64,000 bases of DNA from Candidatus Nomurabacteria bacterium (GTDB lineage Bacteria > Patescibacteriota > Minisyncoccia > Phycocordibacterales > UBA918). The notes under the pieces were generated by a model. The model saw nothing but the letters and a program-made list of their open reading frames with translations. It was not told where the DNA came from and did not search any database. The stretch's first letter is position 1, and each line of letters starts with the position of its first letter. Shown piece after piece: positions 19,063-27,793 of this stretch. The translations under genes and the position numbers were made by a program. The stretch lies in the NCBI GenBank assembly GCA_020632095.1, contig JACKGF010000001.1, positions 70,549-134,548 on the forward strand. The letters run 5' to 3'.

Positions 19063-20262
19063 ATGACAACACACTCACAACCAAGCTTGCTATTACAGCT
19101 TTACGTCGGATTGATATTAATAGGTTTTTTCTTGGTGCCGGCGGTGGCGCAAGGAGCTAGTGCTGAGGTGGGAGCTTGGGTTCCTTGGTGGTCTGAGGAG
19201 GCCGGGGCTAAAAGTGCCACTGACAATATTAAAGATTTAGATATAATTTACCCTTTCGTATTTGAGGTAAATTCTGATGGCACACTTAAGAATCGGGTAG
19301 ATTTTAGTGATTCACATTGGAAAAATTTATTCAGAAAAGCCAATTCTAGCCGAGTAGACATTATTCCGACCATTGCTTGGTTTGATGGGGACCAGATTCA
19401 CGCTGTTTTGAGTGATAAAACTGCCCGTAAGGAGCATATTGCTGAAATTTCAGACATGGTGAAAAAGAATAGGTTTGCAGGGGTTAATATTGATTATGAA
19501 GAAAAAAACAGCGAAACTATTGACGACTACTCACTATTTCTTAAAGAGTTGAAAAGGGCTTTGGGCAAGAAAAACCTTACTTGTACGATAGAAGCCCGCA
19601 CCCCACCAGATTCACGCTGGAAAGAAATTCCGACTGAAATTAAGTATGCCAATGACTACCGGGCAATGAATAAGTACTGTGATTGGGTAGAGATTATGGC
19701 TTATGACCAACAACGGGCTGATTTAAAGCTGAATGACGAAAGACGAGGGGTACCATATATGCCAGTAGCGGATAAGGATTGGGTAGAAAAAGTGATTAAG
19801 TTGGCGGTAGAAGACATAGATAACGATAAAATTATGTTAGGAGTAGCTACTTATGGACGAGCTTGGGATGTAACAGTGGCTCCCGATTGGTACCGAGACT
19901 ACAAGAAAGCGGCTACTTTGAACCAACCACGCATTCTTGAATTGTCCAAGAAATACAACTCACCAATCGGTCGTACTGACGGTGGGGAAGCGGTAATCAC
20001 ATATTTTCCTGACGATTCTCCGTACAAAGTGTTTAATCAATTACCAACTCCAGCCGGCACTCCAAAAGGCTTTGAAGCGGCCGCTAAGGCACTCTTAGTA
20101 GCTAATTTAGCTAAGGTTGAGGTACCAGTCCGTTTTATCACTTGGAGCGACGCTATAGCGATACAAGATAAGGTTGATTTAGTGAAGAAATATAAGCTTA
20201 AGGGGACAGCTGTCTTTAAGGTTGATGGGGAAGAGGATAAAGCAATTTGGAAGCTGTTTTAA
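19063..20262 (+). CDS. secreted GH18-like (chitinase/peptidoglycan-hydrolase-like TIM-barrel) protein. The ORF track starts at TTG 19045.
   Basis: Signal peptide. [10 protein letters not shown] aligns to the GH18 DGxDxDWE catalytic motif, with Asn in place of the middle Asp. A downstream YD/MAYD region is also present. Confidence 0.55.
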   Translation: MTTHSQPSLLLQLYVGLILIGFFLVPAVAQGASAEVGAWVPWWSEEAGAKSATDNIKDLDIIYPFVFEVNSDGTLKNRVDFSDSHWKNLFRKANSSRVDIIPTIAWFDGDQIHAVLSDKTARKEHIAEISDMVKKNRFAGVNIDYEEKNSETIDDYSLFLKELKRALGKKNLTCTIEARTPPDSRWKEIPTEIKYANDYRAMNKYCDWVEIMAYDQQRADLKLNDERRGVPYMPVADKDWVEKVIKLAVEDIDNDKIMLGVATYGRAWDVTVAPDWYRDYKKAATLNQPRILELSKKYNSPIGRTDGGEAVITYFPDDSPYKVFNQLPTPAGTPKGFEAAAKALLVANLAKVEVPVRFITWSDAIAIQDKVDLVKKYKLKGTAVFKVDGEEDKAIWKLF

Positions 20263-20276
20263 GGTTTGATAAAGGA

Positions 20277-20325
20277 AAATCCCCATACAAAATGCGAAGC
20301 ATTCTGTATGGGGATTTTTGTTGTT
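20277..20325 (+). terminator. rho-independent terminator
   Basis: About 20-bp stem aaaatccccatacaaaatgc / gcattctgtatggggatttt (one mismatch) with loop gaa and a T-run. Confidence 0.6.
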
Positions 20326-20490
20326 TAAGGTGTACAATCAAGCACTCTCGAAAACCGGAAAATATTTTTCCGTCACGAAAGATTTAGCTGGTCGAGTCGT
20401 GCCCTCGTTTCCTTTTTGCTGGTGAACAAATTGATAGCCTGGTAGGTCTTTTTTTTTGCTTGTTACCCCGCACGATTCTTGCTGCAGGTT

Positions 20491-20961
20491 TTACATTTTG
20501 CTATAAAATTCTGCCAACTCCTCGTAAACATGTTTCTTTAATTTGGTAGTGTTTGCGATAGCTTCGGGAAAAGTAGTCCAGCGGAAGTCAGAAAATTCAT
20601 CGTCGGTTGCCTCGGACAAGTTAATTTCTTTGTCAGGCTTTAGTTCTAAAAAGAACCAGCGGTGGGCTTGGCCAAAGCGGGAAATAGTGGAATCAATTAC
20701 AGAGTTGTCATCTTGATAAACTGTCCACCTAGGCATTTCAATAACAGATGAAAAGTCTTCAATCGTGAGCCCAACCTCTTCTTTAAGTTCTCTCCACAGT
20801 GTCTCTTCTACACTCTCACCAAGATCAACTCCTCCCTGTTGGAACTGCCAGACACCAATTGGATAGGCAGCTCTTTGAAACAAGGCCACTTCATTCTTTT
20901 GATTATAAATAACCGTTCCTACTCCAGCTCTAAAAAATCGAGTGCTCATAGAGTGAAGCAT
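20491..20961 (-). CDS. NUDIX hydrolase, RppH-like (RNA pyrophosphohydrolase family)
   Basis: Nudix box GGVDLGESVEETLWRELKEEVGL. The WQFQQGG and RWFF motifs are collinear with E. coli RppH. Confidence 0.75.
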   Translation of the reverse strand: MLHSMSTRFFRAGVGTVIYNQKNEVALFQRAAYPIGVWQFQQGGVDLGESVEETLWRELKEEVGLTIEDFSSVIEMPRWTVYQDDNSVIDSTISRFGQAHRWFFLELKPDKEINLSEATDDEFSDFRWTTFPEAIANTTKLKKHVYEELAEFYSKM

Positions 20962-20990
20962 AGCATGTAAATTGCTATACTATAATTTAT

Positions 20991-22247
20991 ATGAAAACCT
21001 GGATTGGGGTGTTGGATTGCAATAATTTCTTTGTATCGTGCGAACGGTTGTTTCGTCCGGACTTACGTAACAAACCAGTGGTGGTACTGTCGAGTAATGA
21101 TGGTTGTGTGGTGGCACGCTCACAAGAGGTAAAGGACATGAATGTCCCTATGGGTGTCCCTTACTTTAAGATAAAAGACACGCTAAAAAAGGCTGATTCT
21201 ACAACCTTTTCTTCACACTTTGCTTTATACCGAGATATTTCTAGAAGAGTGTTTGAGGTGATGCGTGATGAGCTCGAAAACGTTGAACAATACTCGATTG
21301 ACGAGGCTTTTTTCTTATTCAAGGGTTCTGAAAAAGCAGTGTCTGAGCTAGCAAAAAGAGTGAGAGCGGCAGTTGAATTGCAGGTTGGGATACCAGTTTC
21401 AGTCGGGGTGGGTTACTCAAAAACTCAAGCCAAGTATGCCAATTTTTTAGCTAAAAAGAGTAAAGGAGTGTGTGTTTTGAATTCAAGAAAGTGGTTAAAA
21501 ATTGCTCCAGAAGTACCCTTATCAAGGCTTTGGGGAGTGGGCAGGAGACTGGATCTTAACTACAAAAAACATGGTTTGTTGACTGTGGCAGATGTGTTAA
21601 CAGCTGACAATTCACGTCTGGATCAGTTGTTTGGAATAGTAGGAATGCGATTAAAACAAGAGTTGTCTGGCGTAGCAATCTATGGGTTTGAGGGTAGGAT
21701 TGATGTTAAACAAAGCATTACGAGCTCGCGGTCATTTGGAAATACTACCAATGATTTACCAGTTTTGGCTGATGCTTTGGCTTATCATACTCGTCATGCG
21801 TTAGTAGATTTGCGAGCTATGGCAAGATATGTTTCGGTAGTGACAGTGTCAATTGGGACTAGCAGATATGGAGATTTTTTACTAAAAGGGAGGTCTAAGA
21901 AGATATTTTTGGAGAAACCAACTAATGATACTTTGGTTGTTTTAAAAGAGGTAAATAAGGCCTTGGTAGAGTTATTTGAGTCTGGCGTGCCGTACAAAAA
22001 AGCGGGGGTTACTTTGTCGCAGTTTAGTCCAATTGATGCCTATCAAAACAGTTTATTTTCTAATAACAACGAATCAGTAACCCAGTCATTGATGCCTGTT
22101 TTAGATTCGATAAATCTCAAGGCTGGCAGGGAAGTGGTGCTGGTCGGCAGTCGTCTGCAGAGTAATAATTGGCAGTCTTTATCAGACTCAAAATCACCAG
22201 CCTATACGACAAGATGGAAAGATTTGTTTACAGTGAAGGCAAAATAA
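20991..22247 (+). CDS. umuC: Y-family translesion DNA polymerase (UmuC/DinB-like)
   Basis: N-terminal palm motif LDCNNFFVSCE (compare DCDAFYASVE), SIDEAFF, and a little-finger region. It is divergent from the NUDIX gene across a 29-bp spacer. Confidence 0.8.
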   Translation: MKTWIGVLDCNNFFVSCERLFRPDLRNKPVVVLSSNDGCVVARSQEVKDMNVPMGVPYFKIKDTLKKADSTTFSSHFALYRDISRRVFEVMRDELENVEQYSIDEAFFLFKGSEKAVSELAKRVRAAVELQVGIPVSVGVGYSKTQAKYANFLAKKSKGVCVLNSRKWLKIAPEVPLSRLWGVGRRLDLNYKKHGLLTVADVLTADNSRLDQLFGIVGMRLKQELSGVAIYGFEGRIDVKQSITSSRSFGNTTNDLPVLADALAYHTRHALVDLRAMARYVSVVTVSIGTSRYGDFLLKGRSKKIFLEKPTNDTLVVLKEVNKALVELFESGVPYKKAGVTLSQFSPIDAYQNSLFSNNNESVTQSLMPVLDSINLKAGREVVLVGSRLQSNNWQSLSDSKSPAYTTRWKDLFTVKAK

Positions 22248-22561
22248 TATAACCGACATTTGTACTAGATGGCCGCAAAAGCAATTGTCCCTGTCTTTGG
22301 TAAAATGGTAGGCCTGGTATAGCTTTTTTAAAGGAACAAAGGTCAGAGGCAAAAGGTTATCAACAGTGAGTTTAGGACACTTTGTTAAAGACTTTGTATA
22401 ATGGTCGTAGATCGGTTGAAGTGATGAAGAAATACAAAGGCTGAGATTTTATCTTACATACGTAATTCACCATCATCTCCACAGAAACTTCAACCGAGAA
22501 AACTTTCGCGTGTACAACGTAAAAGTGAAATAGTTATTTAATAAATAAAAAAATAAATATC

Positions 22562-23716
22562 ATGTTCGCAATTCCAACAAATGTTGGCGTTACGCAACGA
22601 GTGGTCGCGACACTTGTTGCATGTGCATTGGTTCTATTCTCTGTCGGAGTTTATAACACAGCACAAGCAGCTAACCTCACTAATATTAGTGACACTTTAT
22701 CAAACTCTGATGTAAGTGTAGTGTCTGACCACACTATTAACTTTACGATACCGGCTGGATCAGCTGGTGTTGCAGCCGGGGGAGGAACTATCGTTGTGAC
22801 CTTCCCAGCAGGATTTAACATGGGATCAGTCGCCTTCGGTGATATCGATCTAAGTGTTAACTCAGTTGACCAAGCACTTTTAGCTGCTCCAGCTGGAGCA
22901 TCTTGGGGTGCAGTTGTAGCTGGCCAGGTTCTCACACTAACTTCAGGTTCAGCTGGTGCAGCAGCTACAGATCCAATTGTAATTAAGATCGGAACAAACG
23001 CAGCTGGTGGTGCAAACCAAATTACCAATCCAACTGCAGGGTCATACGAAATAGTAGTAACAGCGGGGGCAGATACGGGTCGCACACGCGTAGCAATCAT
23101 CGATAATGTGTTAGTAACAGCAATTGTTAACACTACCTTTGATTTTACAATCACAGGACTAGCTACCTCAACAGCTGTAAACGGAACCTCAACCACAGGT
23201 TCAACTACTGCTACAGAAATTCCTTTCGGAGTTCTGGTAGCTGGTGAAACCAAGACTCTAGCTCAACAATTAAACGTTACAACAAACGCAGCAAATGGTT
23301 ATGTTGTAACAGTTGAACAAGACGGTAATCTTCGTTCTTCAACAGGTGCTGATATTGATGGATTCATCGATGGAGCATACACCGACACTCCAACTGACTG
23401 GGACGCAAACCTACCTTCAAACTCACTACTTAATGAAAACACTTGGGGTCACTGGGGTATAACTTCAACTGACGGTAACTTGCAGGGAGGTGGTACAGCG
23501 TTTACTGCAGCTGACCAATACATCGCTGCTAGTACAACTCCACGAGTAATCATGGCTCACAACGACCCGTCTGATGGTACGACTGGAACCGCAGATGCAA
23601 CAGGTGACGATGTTGGTGAAACTTTCATTGGATATCAGATCCAGATCACACCACTTCAAGAGGCGGCTGATGACTATCAGACAACTCTAACCTACATCGC
23701 AACTCCTACTTTCTAA
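22562..23716 (+). CDS. secreted Ala/Gly/Thr-rich hypothetical surface protein. Its N-terminal domain is paralogous to that of 25418..27325.
   Basis: Signal peptide. The motif DTLSNSDVSVVSDHTINFTIPAGS...TFPAGF is shared with DTLSDSGPLEQANHTFDFVLN...ITPPAGF in the later gene. Confidence 0.5.
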   Translation: MFAIPTNVGVTQRVVATLVACALVLFSVGVYNTAQAANLTNISDTLSNSDVSVVSDHTINFTIPAGSAGVAAGGGTIVVTFPAGFNMGSVAFGDIDLSVNSVDQALLAAPAGASWGAVVAGQVLTLTSGSAGAAATDPIVIKIGTNAAGGANQITNPTAGSYEIVVTAGADTGRTRVAIIDNVLVTAIVNTTFDFTITGLATSTAVNGTSTTGSTTATEIPFGVLVAGETKTLAQQLNVTTNAANGYVVTVEQDGNLRSSTGADIDGFIDGAYTDTPTDWDANLPSNSLLNENTWGHWGITSTDGNLQGGGTAFTAADQYIAASTTPRVIMAHNDPSDGTTGTADATGDDVGETFIGYQIQITPLQEAADDYQTTLTYIATPTF

Positions 23717-23742
23717 TTTGAATTAATTGGATATGTAAACAT

Positions 23743-23772
23743 AAAAACCTCTCCTTGAGAGGTTTTTATGTT
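23743..23772 (+). terminator. rho-independent terminator
   Basis: Stem aaaaacctct / agaggttttt with loop ccttg and a T-run. Confidence 0.55.
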
Positions 23773-23857
23773 TTTACATATTTCTGTACATAACAAAGTA
23801 AATGTCTGGTTTTTAATGATAATATAGTTAAGTTAATTTAAATTTGAACGCTAAAAT

Positions 23858-24946
23858 ATGTTTCCAGTCTCGTTATCTATTTCAATCATAAAAATAGGAA
23901 GAATTACAGGTCTGACTTTTGTGGTTCTGCTACTATCTTTTTTTATCGTGGGCTTCGCAGAGGCTCAGGAGGCAGGTGTCAGTATTACACCCGCTACTAT
24001 TGAAGAGACTTTGGATCCTGGTGTTAGTAATGATTATAAACTAACAGTTGAAAATCTTGATAATAATCCGCAAAAGTTTTATTTGTTTACTCGTAACATT
24101 AGTGGAGTAAAAGAAGGAGGGGTTCCAATTTTTGCTAAAGATGACTTGGAAAAAACTGGCTACGAGTTGTCTGATTGGATAACTTTATCTGCTGCAGAGA
24201 TTGATATTCCTGGGCACGGGAAGGCTGGAGTGAGTTATACCATTAATGTACCTGAAAATGCTTCTCCTGGTAGTCACTTTGGAGGAGTTTTTATTTCGGT
24301 TGATCCACCAAAGATGGAAAGTAGTGGAGCGGCGGTTGGTTATCAGGTGGCAAACATTATTAGTATTCGGGTATCTGGTGAAGCGATTGAGAAAGCTAGT
24401 ATCAGACAATTCTCTACCTCTAAGTATCTATATGGTTCTCAAAATGTTGAATTTTCTGTTCGGATTGAAAATGCAGGAAACGTTTTAGTTAGACCGGCCG
24501 GTCCGCTTGAGGTGTTTAATATGCTTGGTAACGAAGTGGGGACTATACAGTTTAATGAGGGAAGAGCTGGAGTTTTTCCTAACGATACGCGTGAGTTTTC
24601 TGACATTAAATGGGAAGGTGATTCGGTTGGTTTTGGTAGATATGAAGCGGTGCTAAGTGCTAGTTATGGTGATAGTGGCGCTAAGAAGACCATGTCTAGC
24701 ACTGTTACGTTTTGGATTTTACCGATGAATATAATTGGTCCAGCTCTCGGTATCTTGGCATTTATCCTCCTTGTCGCGTTTGTTGTTGTTAGATTGTACA
24801 TAAGAAGATCACTGGCCCATTTGAATCAAGGTAGGAGAATGGTTCGTAGTCGCAAAAAAGGTTCGTCGGCTACTCTTCTGGTCGTGGTGGTAATGCTTAC
24901 TGTTACAGCCTTGTTCCTTATTGTGTTACTGGCATTGTTTGCGTAA
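23858..24946 (+). CDS. surface protein with N-terminal signal and C-terminal TM anchor plus basic tail; hypothetical
   Basis: Signal/TM, a beta-rich ectodomain, then a C-terminal TM followed by RLYIRRSLAHLNQGRRMVRSRKKG. The architecture resembles 61446..62399. Confidence 0.5.
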   Translation: MFPVSLSISIIKIGRITGLTFVVLLLSFFIVGFAEAQEAGVSITPATIEETLDPGVSNDYKLTVENLDNNPQKFYLFTRNISGVKEGGVPIFAKDDLEKTGYELSDWITLSAAEIDIPGHGKAGVSYTINVPENASPGSHFGGVFISVDPPKMESSGAAVGYQVANIISIRVSGEAIEKASIRQFSTSKYLYGSQNVEFSVRIENAGNVLVRPAGPLEVFNMLGNEVGTIQFNEGRAGVFPNDTREFSDIKWEGDSVGFGRYEAVLSASYGDSGAKKTMSSTVTFWILPMNIIGPALGILAFILLVAFVVVRLYIRRSLAHLNQGRRMVRSRKKGSSATLLVVVVMLTVTALFLIVLLALFA

Positions 24947-24957
24947 GGTGTTATAGA

Positions 24958-25374
24958 ATGGTGTTTGTTATGCAGTATTCCAACTATCATCGAGTTCTGA
25001 GAGTGTCTGCGGTTGTGGTGGCGGTTGTTCTGCTTTTTGAAAGCGGGTTAGTCAGTGACGCTACGGTGAGAATTTCACAAGACACACATTTATACTTAGC
25101 TAATGCTATCGGGATGACAGCCAAAGTTCAACCGACTGAACTTAATCAATTGACTGCCGCTCTGACAGCCAAAGAGAAAGAATTAGCGGCTCGTGAAGCA
25201 GCTTTGTCTGAGCGTGAGATTGCTGTGGATTTTTCCGGTGGTGCCGACGGTAATGAAAAAGCCACCTATCTACTGGCTAGTATTTTGTTTATTTTATTAG
25301 TTTTAATATTGCTCAATTACGTTCTTGATTATATAAGAATTCGTGATGAACGGACTGAGGTAAAAACTGTGTAA
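24958..25374 (+). CDS. small membrane protein with coiled-coil segment; hypothetical
   Basis: N-terminal TM, an AKEKELAAREAALSEREIA segment, and a C-terminal TM. Confidence 0.4.
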   Translation: MVFVMQYSNYHRVLRVSAVVVAVVLLFESGLVSDATVRISQDTHLYLANAIGMTAKVQPTELNQLTAALTAKEKELAAREAALSEREIAVDFSGGADGNEKATYLLASILFILLVLILLNYVLDYIRIRDERTEVKTV

Positions 25375-25417
25375 TGCTCTAAATATTTAGTTGTCGACTA
25401 AGGTACAATGTATAGAC

Positions 25418-27325
25418 ATGAAAGCGGTGTACGAAAAATGGACACTTTGGCTAGTGATTTTCTTCTTTGTAATAGTTGGAGTCTTTGTGTTTTCTCCACA
25501 GGTTACTAATGCTCTCAAGATCAATGAGTACAAAGACACTCTTAGTGACTCAGGTCCGCTTGAGCAAGCTAACCATACTTTTGACTTTGTTTTAAATACT
25601 GATGTATCACCAGGTGGAATTTTTGAAATTACTCCGCCAGCCGGTTTTACTGTTCTTTCGACTACTACTTTCGCTGAAAGAAACGTTGAACTCTTGGTTA
25701 ATGGGTCGGCTCGAACCGCGGGTACTGTAGCTGCACCAGGAGTAGATCAGGTAGAAATTACGGCTGGTTCACCGGGATTTTTTAGATACACACTGGCTCC
25801 GGATTCCGGGTTAACATCGGGCAGTCGTCTTAAGTTTAAAATCGGAAATCATACCTCAAATTCAGTAATGTCATCAGTCACCTTTAGTACATCTACTGGG
25901 ACCACTACTAATCCAGGAGATGTTGAACCGATAGTAAATTCGGGCATAACAGGCAAGCATGATGTTAAATTGGAAGTTTATGACGGTGGTTTAGTAGCAA
26001 ATGCTAACTTCGTGATTTTTTTAAATGAGAAGGTTAGTGTACCAAATATTGACACTACTGAGGAAATTCCACCTTTTCGCTTTGGCGGTTCGCCGACCAG
26101 TTCGGTGGGAGGAACTACTCTTTTTGTGGAGATCGGTTTAGAAACTGATGAGTTTGCGATCTGTAAATATAGTACAGTTGCCGATATTCCTTTTGGGTCT
26201 ATGTCAGATACTTTTTCTAACACTGGTCTAGTTTTTCATACCACTGTTGTACAGGTAGTTCCAAATTCATTAGCGCAGTTTTATGTTAGATGTATTGACG
26301 ATGAAGGAAATTTCAATATTGACGATTACTTAATTGCGTTTACCGTTAATGATATACCGACTGGAACGTCGAATACTGATGGTAATGTGGACGGAGATGG
26401 CACAGGTACTGGAAATGATGGTACTGGCTCAGGTGGTGGCGGTGGCGGGACGAGCGGTTCTTCTGATGGAGAAGCTCCAACTGAAGGTGGTACTAGTGGC
26501 GGTGGCGGATCAGGAGGTGGAGGAGGAGGTGGTTCAGGTGGTGGCTCTGGATCAACGGCTGGGGGCGGTTTCGAAAGTACAAGTGCACCCTATAGAAGTG
26601 GTGATGGTAGAGTAATTATTTCTGGATATGCCTATCCAAATAGCACAGTCAGTATTTTGGTTGATGGAAATTTCTTTGATACCACGAAAGCAAGTAATTT
26701 AGGTGTATACTCAATTACTTTAGATGAAATTGCTCGCGGAGTTTATACTTTTGGGGTTTATGCCCAAGGTTCTAACAATATAAAATCATCAACTTTTAGT
26801 ACCTCCTTTACTGTAACAGGTGCAAGAACTTCTGCTCTTGGTAATATCAACGTCTCTCCATCAATTCTGGTGGCTCCAAATCCTGTTCAACCAGGAGAGG
26901 TACTTACTGTATCCGGTTTTTCTTTACCAAATGCAAAAGTGACAATTCAAAATGGACGTCTAAAATCCAGTGTAGCAAATAAAGAATATGAGGTTCAGTC
27001 AGACAGCCAAGGTCGCTGGTCTACTACGATTGATACCACAGGCTTTACGGTGGATACATATCAAGTTAGAGCTAAGGCCGAACAGGAGGGTGGAGCAGTG
27101 ACTCATTATTCTGACTATACTTTTTACGGAGTGGGTCAGAAGGCAGATTTACCAATTAATACTGATTTGAATCGAGATGGTAAGGTTAATCTAATCGACT
27201 TCTCAATTATGCTTTTCTGGTGGAACACAAATGGTGGAGATTCAGATCCACCAGCAGATATTAACCGGGACGGGAAGGTGAGTTTGACGGATTTTTCTAT
27301 ACTTCTTTTCAATTGGACTGGGTAG
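25418..27325 (+). CDS. secreted protein with Gly-rich linker, Ig-like domains and a C-terminal dockerin-like double repeat. The ORF track starts at TTG 25391.
   Basis: Signal anchor. Poly-Gly/Ser linker, then C-terminal DLNRDGKVNLIDFSIMLF...DINRDGKVSLTDFSILLFNWTG (two DxNxDGxVNxxD repeats of the dockerin type). Confidence 0.6.
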   Translation: MKAVYEKWTLWLVIFFFVIVGVFVFSPQVTNALKINEYKDTLSDSGPLEQANHTFDFVLNTDVSPGGIFEITPPAGFTVLSTTTFAERNVELLVNGSARTAGTVAAPGVDQVEITAGSPGFFRYTLAPDSGLTSGSRLKFKIGNHTSNSVMSSVTFSTSTGTTTNPGDVEPIVNSGITGKHDVKLEVYDGGLVANANFVIFLNEKVSVPNIDTTEEIPPFRFGGSPTSSVGGTTLFVEIGLETDEFAICKYSTVADIPFGSMSDTFSNTGLVFHTTVVQVVPNSLAQFYVRCIDDEGNFNIDDYLIAFTVNDIPTGTSNTDGNVDGDGTGTGNDGTGSGGGGGGTSGSSDGEAPTEGGTSGGGGSGGGGGGGSGGGSGSTAGGGFESTSAPYRSGDGRVIISGYAYPNSTVSILVDGNFFDTTKASNLGVYSITLDEIARGVYTFGVYAQGSNNIKSSTFSTSFTVTGARTSALGNINVSPSILVAPNPVQPGEVLTVSGFSLPNAKVTIQNGRLKSSVANKEYEVQSDSQGRWSTTIDTTGFTVDTYQVRAKAEQEGGAVTHYSDYTFYGVGQKADLPINTDLNRDGKVNLIDFSIMLFWWNTNGGDSDPPADINRDGKVSLTDFSILLFNWTG

Positions 27326-27500
27326 GGTATACAGCTTGGCTTATGCGATTCGGGTTTACGTTCCAGCAGAATTAAGTAAGCAAAGGGAGGGAGTGAGTTT
27401 GACGGATTTTTCTATACTTCTTTTCAATTGGACTGGGTAGGGTATACAGCTTGGCTTATGCGTTCGGGTTTACGTTCCAGCGAATTAAGTAAGCAAAGGA
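27281..27500 (+). repeat. tandem duplication (2 copies of ~113 bp) spanning the stop codon of 25418..27325
   Basis: The unit gagtttgacggatttttctatacttcttttcaattggactgggtagggtatacagcttggcttatgcg(a)ttcgggtttacgttccagc(a)gaattaagtaagcaaagg occurs at 27281-27388 and again at 27395-27500. Confidence 0.8.
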
Positions 27501-27627
27501 ACGTAGTGACTATTGCGAACTTATGTCAGAATTTGCTCTGCCCTTGGGCAAATTCTGACTGCTCTAGGCAAAGCAAATCTCGGCAGCTTGCTACATGCTT
27601 TTTTCTCCTTTGGAAGTCTAAAAATCT
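27426..27627 (+). repeat. ~200-bp repeat, near-identical to 63615..63815
   Basis: Both copies read aattggactgggtagggtatacagcttggcttatgcgttcgggtttacgttccagcgaattaagtaagcaaaggaacgtagtgactattgcgaac...ctcctttggaagtctaaaaatc. They differ by a single T indel. Confidence 0.85.
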
Positions 27628-27793
27628 GCTACAAGTTATGCTACTCGTATTTTTAAATTTCACTACGTCCTGAAAAGCTTGGCTTATAAGTTCACTTTGC
27701 ATAGTAAAAATTAGTCGTAGTTATGCTACTCGTATTTTTAAACAAAGCAAATCTCAAACTAAATTCACAATAGTCACTACGTTCCTTTGTTCA
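27490..27793. mobile_element. MITE-like non-coding element (~304 bp) bounded by ~26-bp terminal inverted repeats
   Basis: Left end caaaggaacgtagtgactattgcgaa (27494-27519). Right end ttcacaatagtcactacgttcctttg (27764-27789) is its reverse complement at 25/26 positions. The interior has no ORF, a 10-bp hairpin, and an internal direct repeat ttatgctactcgtatttttaaa. Confidence 0.4.

Noticed and set aside
22248-22561. tRNA or ncRNA in the 314-bp ORF-free spacer, and elsewhere
   Set aside because: No cloverleaf-compatible sequence (conserved GTTC/T-loop, acceptor-stem pairing) could be found by eye here or in other intergenic regions. No rRNA-like sequence was seen. A proper tRNAscan-SE or Infernal run is needed to be sure.
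22651-23253. 200-aa antisense ORF within 22562..23716
   Set aside because: It lies opposite an Ala/Gly/Thr-rich coding region. The sense ORF has a signal peptide and a paralogue, and the antisense ORF has neither.
27428-27673. 81-aa ORF MDWVGYTAWLMRSGLRSSEL... (identical copy at 63617..63841; related 27787..27972)
   Set aside because: The ORF is encoded entirely by the intergenic repeat element. It recurs because the DNA is repeated, and it spans hairpins and TIR sequence. It is most likely non-coding.
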